Made by a program: the position numbers and the translations under genes. The notes under the pieces were generated by a model that worked only from the letters and a program-made list of their open reading frames with translations, was not told the origin of the DNA and searched no databases. Shown here piece after piece: positions 12,101-24,100 of a DNA stretch of 47,932 nucleotides; the first letter of the stretch is position 1; every line of letters begins with the position of its first letter. The stretch spans positions 1-47,932 of the forward strand of contig JBDRMG010000020.1 in NCBI GenBank assembly GCA_043812495.1. Reading direction: 5' to 3'. Origin of the DNA: Candidatus Omnitrophota bacterium. GTDB taxonomy: Bacteria; Omnitrophota; Gorgyraeia; Zapsychrales; JBDRMG01.

Positions 12101-15100
12101 AACGCTCAGCGCTTCATCCTGCGGAATTTTACCGTCAGCAACGCTTTCTAAAAATTCACCAAAATCAAATTCTTCTTCCTGGTGATCCCCGGTTGACACA
12201 ACTCTTAGCGCAACAGCTAACATCGAAAAAGCCATGATCATCATTAAAAAACCTGTGCCGTCGATGGCAAAAACCGAATAATAGATAGGCGAATCCTTAT
12301 GGGCTGTTGCGGAGCTGAAAATCCATTTTGCATCGATTCCGTCTCGGGTAAGTAAGCGTAAACGGCCTCTGGGCCAGAGAACCTTGTTGAGTTCCTGGAT
12401 AACCTTTCTCTTCTCTGACCTATCAAGAAGATACCAAAGGTAATTGAGAATCAGCAAGTCCGCCTCCTCAAGAAGCCCGGAAAATTCCAAAGACGGTATC
12501 TGACCATGGATTAGCTGGATATTTTTCTGATAGAAAAGAAGATTCTGATTAATCTCCTGCATGGCGTTGAGGCGCCGCATAATTCCCTGTACATCCAAAA
12601 TATGGCCCCTTGTTAAAGCTGTTAATATATCAAACCCTTTTGCGAGCCTGAAACTTGCCAACCGGAAGATGTCTTTTCTTTTTTCAACGCCGACCAGCTT
12701 GAACGAAAAATTACGGAAATCACTGACCTTGGCCTTCACTATTGTTTCTAAAATCCAAGCCCAGCTGACGACCTCTTGACCAAAGGCACAACCCGGCACT
12801 AAAATTGTGACTTGCCTTTCTCCTTTTTTCCTTTTCTCATGTAAGATTTCCACAATGAGGCGAGTAAACTTGTTTTCAAACTCAGGGAAACGCAAGAAAC
12901 AACTTACGGAGTTTCCGATCAATGCGAAATGATGAGCGGCGAACCTGGCCATATCCAAGATCAAGGCACCGCTCCCGTCAATGAAGGAGCCCAAAAGATC
13001 TTTATAGTTTCCTCCAAACCTTTCTTCAAAAATTTGCGTATAACCAAAGCTCCTTAAGAGGTCAAAGGTCCCCATGCGAATATCCATCCCCGACGTGTTG
13101 AAGTTTTCGACAAGCGTAGCTGCATGATGATTAATCCTGTTGTAATGAATTAACTGAAATTCATCCCTATCCTGACGGCTAATAAAATTCTCCGGATTAC
13201 CCGTTTTTTTCCATTCTTCAAAGGCCTCTCGGTAAGACGCCTCCTGCGGATTTATCCCAGCGCGATAGACCAAAAGAACAAAAAGGAGCCCAAGCAGCAC
13301 ACCCCACTCACCTAAAATGCTCTCCAGATTAACAAGGGATAACACATCGAGACAAGCTACAGGGTTGGGTTTTGATGAGATTTTTTCGCAAATCATTTTG
13401 GCCATCAGGTGATAATTCGGCTGAAATCTCATGCCTTCAAATTCATAGCCTTCGATCTTTGATGTTTGATAATAGTTAGGAACTAAAATTCGAAATGCTC
13501 GTACATTTTCTGTATTAATAGGCCCGATTCTATTCATATGCGGAACAAGCCATAATCCAAAATAACTTATGCTATTCATGCTATTCACTTCTTCGATTAC
13601 AAATCGATCTGTATCTATTGATATTAAACAAACTATATATTTGAGAGATCCAACTCTTTTGATAACATCAACGTTACCTGCTAAACCTGTTTTCGTTTTG
13701 ATGGTTCCTGGTGATTGATATTTGGGCGCAGCAAAGAGCTTTTTTGATAAGCTGAAAATTCGCAAATAATCATGACAACCAAATGAGAACTTATGATCTT
13801 TTATAAACGTGGTGGCAAGAGAGGTCTTACCGCTTCCAGAAGCACCCAGAAGAACCATAGTTTCCCCTTGCGGCGTAAAGATAAGATCGCCATAAGCATC
13901 ATCACATTGATAAAGATCCTCCATAATCGCAGGGAATCGACCATGAAGATCTTTTACTTTCCTGCAAAAATTTGTTGGCAAAGAGGAAGCCGGATGGGAA
14001 AAGTCTATATAACAACCTACTACCGATACTCTATGCTCAAGATACAGCGGATAGATTTCATTCAAGGCTTCAAAGAATGACCGAATCTCTTCTGGGGAAT
14101 GTTCGCGTCGATTTTGCACCATGGCTATGCCAAAAACCAAAAATCCAGCCGCAAGGCCAATCAGCACACCCCACTCACCCATCACCCCTTCCAGGCCGTC
14201 TGGCAAGAAAAATCCAATCTCACAACGACTTAAAAGCCCGTCCGGATCATTAGGATCTATGTAGCCTGGAAGCCGATTCGTCCTGGCCATGACATTTAAT
14301 TGAGGATCGCCAGGACACCTTTTCAACGCTTCTCGCAAAACCTCTTCTTGGGCTTCTTTAGGGCTGCCTCTTCTGCGAAGGACAGTAATGAGAAGCGTCC
14401 AGAATATTGGATCATTGCAAAAGCGAGGATCTTTCACTTCTTCTCTGAGGTTCGCGCTGGCTTCCTCAAAGCGACCAAGAGCGATTAATGCCTGGGCGCG
14501 TTGGCATCGGAATGCGCCATCGCCGGCATTGTGATCAATATCCTTATCGAGATATTGCAAGGCCTCTTGGTAACGTTCCATCTCCATTAAAATATCAGCG
14601 CGCTTTGAGCGAAAGAAATCATCATGCGGCAAAGAGTCAATCATGATATCTAAATATTCTAGGGCTTCATCGTTTTTGCCCGATTTGCGTAAGATATTAA
14701 TAGTGCTCGATAGTATCTTTGAAAATATTTGTGATTCTTCGTCAGAAACGTGAGTGACAGCCTCGGCTAAGATATAAACAAGCTCTCTTGTGCGGCCTCT
14801 TGCCTCATAGACTCTGCCAAGTAGACGGTAATAGATGGATGTCGAGGGCGATTCATGAATCGCTCTTCTCAAGAGGGTAATGGCCTCTTCTGTTTTTCCT
14901 TCTTGATCCATCACTTTGATCACCTTGGCCAGAAAGCCCCGGAATGTATCTCTATGCGGATAAATTTCTGCGGACTCCTTCGCTATATCCCAAATTCTAT
15001 TGTAGTCGCCGTCTCGCCCTAATGTATTGATCAAAAGACCTCGGTTATCAACATCTATTTCTTCAATAAACTCATGATCATTCTCTAACGCGCTTTGTTT

Positions 15101-18100
15101 CATCTTTTCAGCTTCAGCAATGGCGCTCTCGAGCACGCGTATAGTATCCTGAGGACGCCGTGTATAATTGTAATATTTTGCAAGGTGTCTATAAACGGCA
15201 AGACGCACAGGATCATCCCCTGCCTCATCCATCGCTTTGTCTAACATTGTCTTTCTTGTTTCTGGGTGGTTTTCCATTGCGGATCTTTCGAGTAATTCCA
15301 TGACGCTATCTCTTATGACGAGACCGACCATGACAAGGGCCATTGCCGCCATTTCCCATCCACCAAAGGTGATAAAAAGACTATGCTGTCCTGGTTTATT
15401 TTCGGGCGCATCAGCTGTGTCATCAGGCTGATGAGAAGGCCGGGCTCGTCGCTTTCCTATAACTTGTTTCGCCAGCCGGCTGATGAAAAGAGCGCCCAAA
15501 GCGATGATACAACCGCAAATGAGCGGATGATAAAAACGGGTGGAAATATCCGCAAGATCGGAAACAACGACGTCACTGGCCAACCAATCCCTCGTAGGAC
15601 CGATAAAGATATATTCGCTAATACGCGTCAAATATCCGCTGATGCTGATTCCCAGCGCGAGATGAAACAGAATGCGGCCCGGGCGATTCTTTATTGTGAA
15701 TAACTTCATGAACGCGACGGACATGCTGATATAAATGGCATACAGGATCAACGTGGATAATCGATCAAAGGTTTGCGGATTGACAATATGATCCAGGGAA
15801 ACATGGCCTCCTAAAATGTGAATAATATGCTTAGCGAGAATACGGTAATTCTCGATAACGGTGTGATCTAAAGCACCTGTTCCGTCCCCCGGTTGAGAAA
15901 TATGGACAGTGGCGGGAATCATTATCCAAACATAGATTTTGAAAAACCAATCGACCATGGCGGGAATCAAGGCGGCTGTCATGAAAATTTTCGCGTTGCT
16001 GATTTCAGATTTGATTTTTCCTAATGCCGCAAGCACCGACGGCGGCGCCCGGTCCGCCATCCACTTGGCAATGGTCCGCCTTAAAACAATAAAGAGAGCG
16101 GCCAGAAGAACGGCCCCTGCGATTAACCCCGTCTCCCATGCGCCCAGAGCCAGGAGTTGACTTATTCCTGAATTCCGGGAAGATCCCTTTCGGCGTGGTT
16201 TGCTCGCCTCGATCCGAATACACATACTCCCGTCAGAGAACCGCACCTGATAGATATCCTCCGGTTGAACGATAAAACCGACGGCGATGAGTTCATCGAC
16301 AATCGTTTTGGGGCAACCGATTTTGCAAACTTGATTGTCTATCTCCGTGATCCGTAATTGTCCGCCATCGACAAGAACGCGGAATACTTCCTCAAAGAAT
16401 TTCCGCCTCTGCTTAGGATTTAAATGCGCCATTATTTTTGTCGCTTGTACGCGCTGAACGCGTCCATCGTCAAGCCCTGGGAACTCATAGTCACCCTTCA
16501 CCGCCATAATATCGCCTGCGTACCCGCCGGACATCTCTCTGTCCTTTTCTTGGCGCCGCAATTCTTTGAGGAGACCCTCGGCATAATCAATCAAAACACC
16601 CAAGACATTTAATGCCGGATGGTTTTCGTGAATTCCTTGACCGAAATCTCTGATTTCATCTTCCTGAATGGCTCTATAATCTCTGATTTCATCTTCCTGA
16701 ATGGCTCTATTCTTTCTCTTAGCCGTTTGAATGACCGCTTTCAACTTTAAGATCCGTTCACGAAGGTCCATATCTTTGTTTTCGGCGATATAAGTAACCG
16801 TTTCCCTGAAGAATTCGTAATCACCGCGGTAGCGGTCAATGGCCCTGGCCGCTTTCCCGTCCGATGGCCCTATCAGCGCGAGAAGAAACTCAACAATATG
16901 CCCGATTGTTCCCATGGAAATCGCGAATATCCATGGGAAATACTGAACGATCAGCCGGATGACAAAATGCTTATCGCCGGGATGCGTGTTTCCATACATG
17001 AATACGCCGATGGCGCTCGCCGCCAAAAGAATTCCTGCCGTGGCAAAAAACCGATGGGTCCTGACAGGCGCCCGGACGGCACGAATGCGCTGGCTCGCGC
17101 TTGGCAGAAGAATGCCTTTCCGTTCATTGGCCTCCTCTATTCTCCATGCGGTCATAATATGGCTCAGGCTATGGATAATCGGTATCACACCATTGACAAT
17201 GCCTACCAAAAGACAGCCTACAAGCAACTTAATAGGCGAAAGTTCCGCGGGATAGAATCTATATAGAAAGACCAGGTTCGCGTAGTACGCAAATTCCGCC
17301 CCTATAAACCACATAGCAACGAAAAGAATCTCCCGCAAAATTTGCCGGGTATCTGCCCAATAATGATTACTGATGTATCCTTTCTCGTGCAATTGATGAA
17401 GGCGACTATTCACTTGTTCTTGATTCTTCCGGTACCAGACGCAGAGAAACAGAACAAGTGTTTTTCTAACAAATCGGCTGAGTCTGTTTTCTGGTTGTTT
17501 TTCAGATGAAAGTTTCCTGCCTGACGCCCGCACCGTGCCGATCGCTAAAGCTAAGAGGCTAAAGATGATCCATATTCCGCAATCACCAACGACCGGCATA
17601 AGAAGATTGAACTGGCACGGCTCGCGCTCTATTTGTTCAACTCGACCTTGTGCCAAATTCTTATGTAACAAGAAGGCATTATGAAAACAAAGCAGGAAAT
17701 CTAGCTTGTCTATGTCGACTTCTCTTAACCACTTGAGATAGGCCTGAACATACTGCGGATTCAACACGCGCTGATGAGGATTTTGTAAGACGCGCTCATG
17801 GGTCGCGCGAACAGCGCTCATCAGAGTCTGCCCGTATATTTCATCTCCTTTATCGAGGGTCGCCTGATCAATATTCAAGAGTTCTCTTATGCGCCAAAGT
17901 GTATGATTGATTGCATTTCGATCCTCTAAGAAACCATCCCTAAATTCACGTTCTTGGAATGTGATTGTTCTGGTATTGGGAACGCAGTTGATTCTTCCGT
18001 CGATATCATGCAAAATCGCCCGGCCTTTACGCAATCCCACATTTCGCTCAGCCACGGCATCCCCGCCGGTCTGGCCTCCGACAGCCCAAAGCGTCCCCAT

Positions 18101-21100
18101 TTTTATGGCGATACTACGCACAATACTGAAATATGTCTGTCGGACGACTTCTTTATTTTCACTGAACACCTTTGCAAGATACTCATCCGTAAATCGATAG
18201 AGTGAAGAATCAAAATCGGGTTTTTTATAACGCAGGAGTATTTCTTCGAAAATATTATCGATCAACCGTATAAGGGCATTGGCGCATTGTTGCGTATCAG
18301 AAACGCTGGAATAAACTTTGAAACCCTGTTGCTGCAAATAATGATTCCTCTCGTCTTGCTTTTCCAGGAGTGGACCTAAAAGATCTACTCTCATGGCTGA
18401 AGAATGAGCGCAGATGAGTTGGCTTGGCTGCGCATGACGAAGAAATTTCCGGACATAATAATTTTTCTCGACACTTAGCATGAGGTCACGCATATCAAAG
18501 AGTTCTTTCCTGAGAATAACATTGAGTACAGAGTCCGTGAGCTGATAGAAATATGTCCTGAGATTCATCTCGCGCCCACAGCAAACAACGGAGAGAAGCT
18601 TTTTGATCCCTAAAGGAATACTGAGATCACGCGATTCTTCCTGCCCCCAGACCTGTTCAAGTAAATAAGCAAAACTCAGTCCGTTTTCCATCTCTGTCTT
18701 AAGGTAGCCTGCATCGGCTCCGTATTGCAACACGTGGGTTGGCGTTTGAGCATTTTCGACCAAAATTGGCCAATCCTCTCTTTTATCCCCATGCACACAC
18801 AATCCCGCTCCTCCGCAGCCTTTTAAACTTAATGAGTCGGATAAATAAAGGCGGCGGCTGGGCCGGATTAAATTATTCGGATCTAATCCCCAAAACACCG
18901 GCTCTTCCGAGGAAGGCTCCTGGCCCTTCCAGAAAGGTGTTCTGCGGTTGACGAAAAGAGCGGCCGGCCCGAAGATAAGCCACCGCGCAAAACCATTAGA
19001 CGTCTTATCTAAACGAGCAATTAACCTTTGTCTGTATGCTTCTAATTCGGGTGTTAAGAATTTCCTGGTATTGAGGGGCGATGCTCTGCCTTGATCAAGA
19101 CCTTGAATTTTGGTCTGAATTAAGTTTTTGTTCAAAGCCTCTTGAAGTTCGCCAATGATTGCATCAGCACTTTGATATTGTATAGGATTCTTATATGCGT
19201 TTCTAACGATGGACGCAACTTGCCAAACAAATTCATATTCATTTTTAGAGAGAGGTTGTTCATCGAACCAAGTTTCCGCAATCCTATATTCATTTAGAAC
19301 AACATGTTTTTCATCTGACAGCATGAGCATTCTTGAGAGAAGCCGTTTTAAAATATAGGTATTTTTACAGCCAAAAGTCCAGGACGAAGGTGTATCGTAG
19401 TCGCAAAGTTTGACTGTTTTTAACTCTTGATCAATAAGAACATTGGTTAAACTGTCATCCAATTGTCGGATACCATTTTTGTAGAGATGGGTGCGCGCAT
19501 CAGCAACTTGGATAAGGATGCGGACAAGGTCATAAAAAGACAATTTTCTTAAATCCCCGTCGCGCCAGGCCTGATGCATGTTTTTGCCTTCAAAAAATTC
19601 CATGACAATGTAAGGCCGTTTCCGGCCATCCACGTCAACGGAATTCATATGATCAAATATAACGACGCGCTTATGGCTTCCGGCGTTTTTGATAATTTTG
19701 TTCACGGTTTTCTCGTCAAAGTTCTTGCGTGCATCGGTTTTTTGAACTTTAACAGCCACGATAGATCCATCTGTTTTTTTGGCTTTAAAAACGATACCTT
19801 GGTTGCCTTCACCGATCCTTTCCATCAGCTCAAAACCCTTCTCACCTAAAGCCGCTTTGAGGAGCTCTTCATCTTCTCTTTTTCTGTTTGCATTCGACTC
19901 TCCTATTATGCCGAAAACAGGAAAGGCGAGAACCGATAAATGATTCCAAAAACTTAAAAGCGGCAGTCCATCAAAGAAATAAGGCACGGCCAAGAGAAGT
20001 CCCAGGACGGCCAGAGCGGCAATCGACAGCAGGATAAACATTCGTCGATGGGGAAGGGAATAGGAAAATGAACCCTGTTTTTTCTTTTTGAGTATAAACA
20101 ACACGTGCGTCGAATTGAAGATGGTATTGGGATAAATGCCGATAAATACGACCTTTACGACCTCGAAGCCGGCTTTCTCGAATCTCCTGATCCATTCCTC
20201 ATAGGTTTTGTGATTGCGCGCAAGCGGCATGTCTGCTTTGCCTGCCACCACCTGATTGTTGAACCAGCAGAGGACCGCAAGGACCTGTTTTTGTTCTTTG
20301 TCCGTCAACCGGCTGAATTTTTCAATCAAGCCATGACCGTCAAAGAGAACCTCGTTATAATCCGGATGGTCTTGGGGCAAGACACAATCCTCGACGACAA
20401 GCACAATGCCTTGATCCCTGGCAATGCGATGGCTTTCCGCAATCAGTTTGGAGGGAACATTTTTGCGCGCGTGATGAAGCCCTGCGTTGATGATAACAAT
20501 ATCGGCCCGGCGGTCCTTAACCGGAACCTTACTTTCGCGTGTTTGTAATTCAAATTTCAAACGCGGATCTTCATCTTCAAGGGAAATCTTTAACGGCCGG
20601 ATATCGGTCCCGGTATATTCGTAAACGTCTTTGACATTCTCGAGGATGATTCTGCCCAACCCCAAATCATCGCCGCAGCCGATATCGGCAATAACGCCAC
20701 CGCCAAGATAATCTTTTACCTTCTCTTGCATAACGTCAAAAGCGCTCTCAAGACGCTCCTGATCGCCCCGGGTTTGATAAATCCTTCCAAATCGCGAACC
20801 GGACTCGCGGAACGTGAATCCGGCTTCATAAATGGCGCTTTTTGCCTCTGCCAAGTTTCTCGAGCGGCTGATGATCCGCCATAATTTCATAGCCTCGTGT
20901 TCCGTCATGCCGGCCGATTGAAAATTGATGACCGTTGCCCTCTCGAGATATTCGACAATGCGCGGATTTTGAAAAGCGGACAGTATTTCCTGGTCCGCTG
21001 TTTTTCTGGATAAAATGATTTGGAGAATGATAAAAACAACTAAAATGAAAATGACAGTAACAAGAAGAATGGTGGAGAGGCTGAAGTCTGAAAGCTGCAA

Positions 21101-24100
21101 GGTCCCGAGATTCTGGAGAGAACCGCTGATGAGTTCCATGGGCGGGGCGTTGAACCAGGGCATGATATCCTGCAAGAACTCAAGTCCAAAGCCACTGCCT
21201 TGAGCTATAACATCCACCGAAGGCATCATCGCAAGAGGCAAAATGCAATATGTCACGTTTCCTTCGTCGGAATGACCAGGCCCTTCCGGGGTCGATGAAA
21301 GGATACGATTTTCAGCGTCCTTAATAATCTTTTCAAGATAATCAATAAGGGGCTGCATCACAGCCGCCTTGGTAAGGCCCTCTTTGCCTTCCGCAATTAT
21401 GTCTTCATGCGCTTGACACTTTCTGAGAATCTTTCTTAAATATTTGAGGCGATATTCGCTGAGGTCCAATGCAAGCGTCGTGTTGATTTCCTCCACAAGA
21501 TTATCGTATTCAATTTCGTTTTCACGTAACGCGCGTATACCAAGTTCATTGGAATCTTTTAAACAACCGATAAAGAAGATTTGTATTGCCATCGATAGAT
21601 AAACCAGCAGGCGCATCCAAACGGGCGCATGGCCCCATAAACAGATGGCATCAAGACCGAGAAGGGCGACAGCCGCCACGACATGGGGCTTGATGGGAGA
21701 CCGGATGATTTGAATCACTTCCTGCGCGTAAGGCAAACGGCGGTGGCTCTTCCTGATTGCTCTCATTGTTCTTAAACCGCAAACCGTTCTGCTTAGGACA
21801 AAGACAAGCGGCACCGTCAAGAGAAACAGAACGGTCATGCCCAGTATCGAAATTATAGTGACGGCCGAGCTCAATTCGAATTTTAACGGCGCTTCAATAT
21901 TGAAGATCCTTAAGAAACTGACAACTATAAAGATAACGGCCATCAACGCTCCATATCCAACAGTGTCCCATCTTCTTTCTTCTTCCCCTTGATAAAACCC
22001 AAGGTTGAAGAGCCATTGTGCGGGTAAATCTTGACATTCATTTTTGATCGCGCAAAGGCGGTTCCGCGCCGTGCGCCAATACTTGAGCGCCAGAGCAACC
22101 GCAATAATCAACGCCACTCCCCCTATAACAAAAGGCCAAACCAGCGCGTTGTTATTTTGCACATAGGGACAGTCCCCGCCCCTGTCCTCAAATGAGGCGG
22201 GGACTGTCCCTGTCTTCCTATCCGTGTTTTTCCGGGGGAATACGGGAACATCAAAAAGAGGTAAAGAAGACTCACTGATGTGGAGCGCTTTCAAGACCAG
22301 CCCCACGTCCACGCCCTGGCTTTTGAGCACGCCGAGCTCGAACGGTATGGAGTAAGCCGGCCAAGTCACCGAAGAATAAGACTTCGCCTCAAGATCAGCT
22401 ATCTTTGCAGCGCAATCAAATGATTTTCGATAGCGCTTAACGGCTTGCGCGGTATTTTGATTTTTGGCCTGGAGGAATGCTGCGGCTTGCTGAAATGCTT
22501 GATCTGCCATTAAATTAAGCCTGTCATAACAATCCTCACAATCTATGCCCAGAAGATCGCACTTGGATATAGCTCTTGCAGCTAAATTGGAAAATTCATG
22601 CTCATCTCCCGGCAGCAGACAATAAATCCATAGCCGGCTGGACAGATCATTGGATATTATTTTGAATTGACGGCAAATTTCAAAGATTATCAAAAAGATG
22701 TCTTTTTTCCGTTCCTCAAAAACGTCATCCTTTTCATAGAAATCTTTTACAGTGCAAGTCATTAATTCGCGAATTTCTTTTTTGTCTTTCTTTTGGAGTC
22801 TGGCTTTCCAGAAATCCTCCTGCTCGAGCATATACAGGACAAATTCTTTGACAATGGGCAAGAGGACATGCTCCCGGACAACATGGCCGATCCATCCTCC
22901 TTCTCTTGTTCTTAGATATTGTTTAAGATATTCTGCGCCGACGATTTGCTCAATATCGAAATTGATGTGTTCTGGGATGGCGTTAATATGGGGAATAAAA
23001 TAATAATTCAAAATCTGATGATAAAGAAGAATGAATTTAATAACGGACAGTCCTCTGACCTTCTTCGGATCTTTCAGGATTTCGCGGGCCTGCGGTGCCA
23101 ATATTCCCCTTGCGGCATCTTTAAGGATATTGGCCTGTTCATCAAGCCAGGCGAGATTCAAGATATCCGGAATCCTTTGCTTATTTGGAATTTCAACCGT
23201 AAACGTCGTGTCGTGCCCGGGGCCTTCGGTTTCGTTGACAAAGCCGATGTTCCAGTCCGTAACCCGGCATATTTTTTGAAATATGAATAAACGGCCTGTG
23301 TATAGTGCGTCTACGGGCAGGATATCTTGTTTCGAGGTTTTCTTGAAGAAAGCTAAATACAAGAGGGAAAGTCCGGCAAGGATGAGGGCAGCAACCAATC
23401 CTATGACAACCGCCGGCGGGGCGTTGGCCCAGGGCAAGATGTACACGGCCACAGAATCACCAGGTCCGCTTTGTCCACTTTGTGCGCAATCAAGCTGACA
23501 GATTTCTTCAACGATTTTATTAATTTCTTGGCTTAGCTGTTCTTGATCTTTCTGCTTTTTTGCTGAATCAAGATAGACACTAAGAATCGACTTGATGGAT
23601 TCGGCTACGGATGTGAAGGCGCGGATCTGGGACGGAGTGAATTGCGGTTTTTCCGGCGAACATCCGCTGCAATCGTCACCGTCTATTTTATTGCACGAAA
23701 GATTAGAAATACACTTTGTGCAGGTCGTAAGGCCGAGAGCCGAGGCCGTATTCATAAACCTAAGCTGAGCGATGAGGGATTCGGTTTTTGATAGGGCTTC
23801 TTTGATTGCGTCACCTGCTTGGCTGAATTCAAGACCCTTCTTAATGAGTGTAAGCATTGTTCTTAACGTGTCATTTAAATATTCCGGAGATTTAGGCAGA
23901 AGATTGGGTTCTTGAACTTTTTGTTGATAATAATTTTCCATCATCGTGCAAGAAACCATCTCTTTGAATCCATCGGTCGCATCCATAAATTCTTTTTTCT
24001 TATGGTCATACTGCAAATCTAAAACAATATCTGTGACCGGAAGATCAAATGGCACATTTTCCAATAATAGATCATCCCCGGTATAAGGACCTCTTATCTG

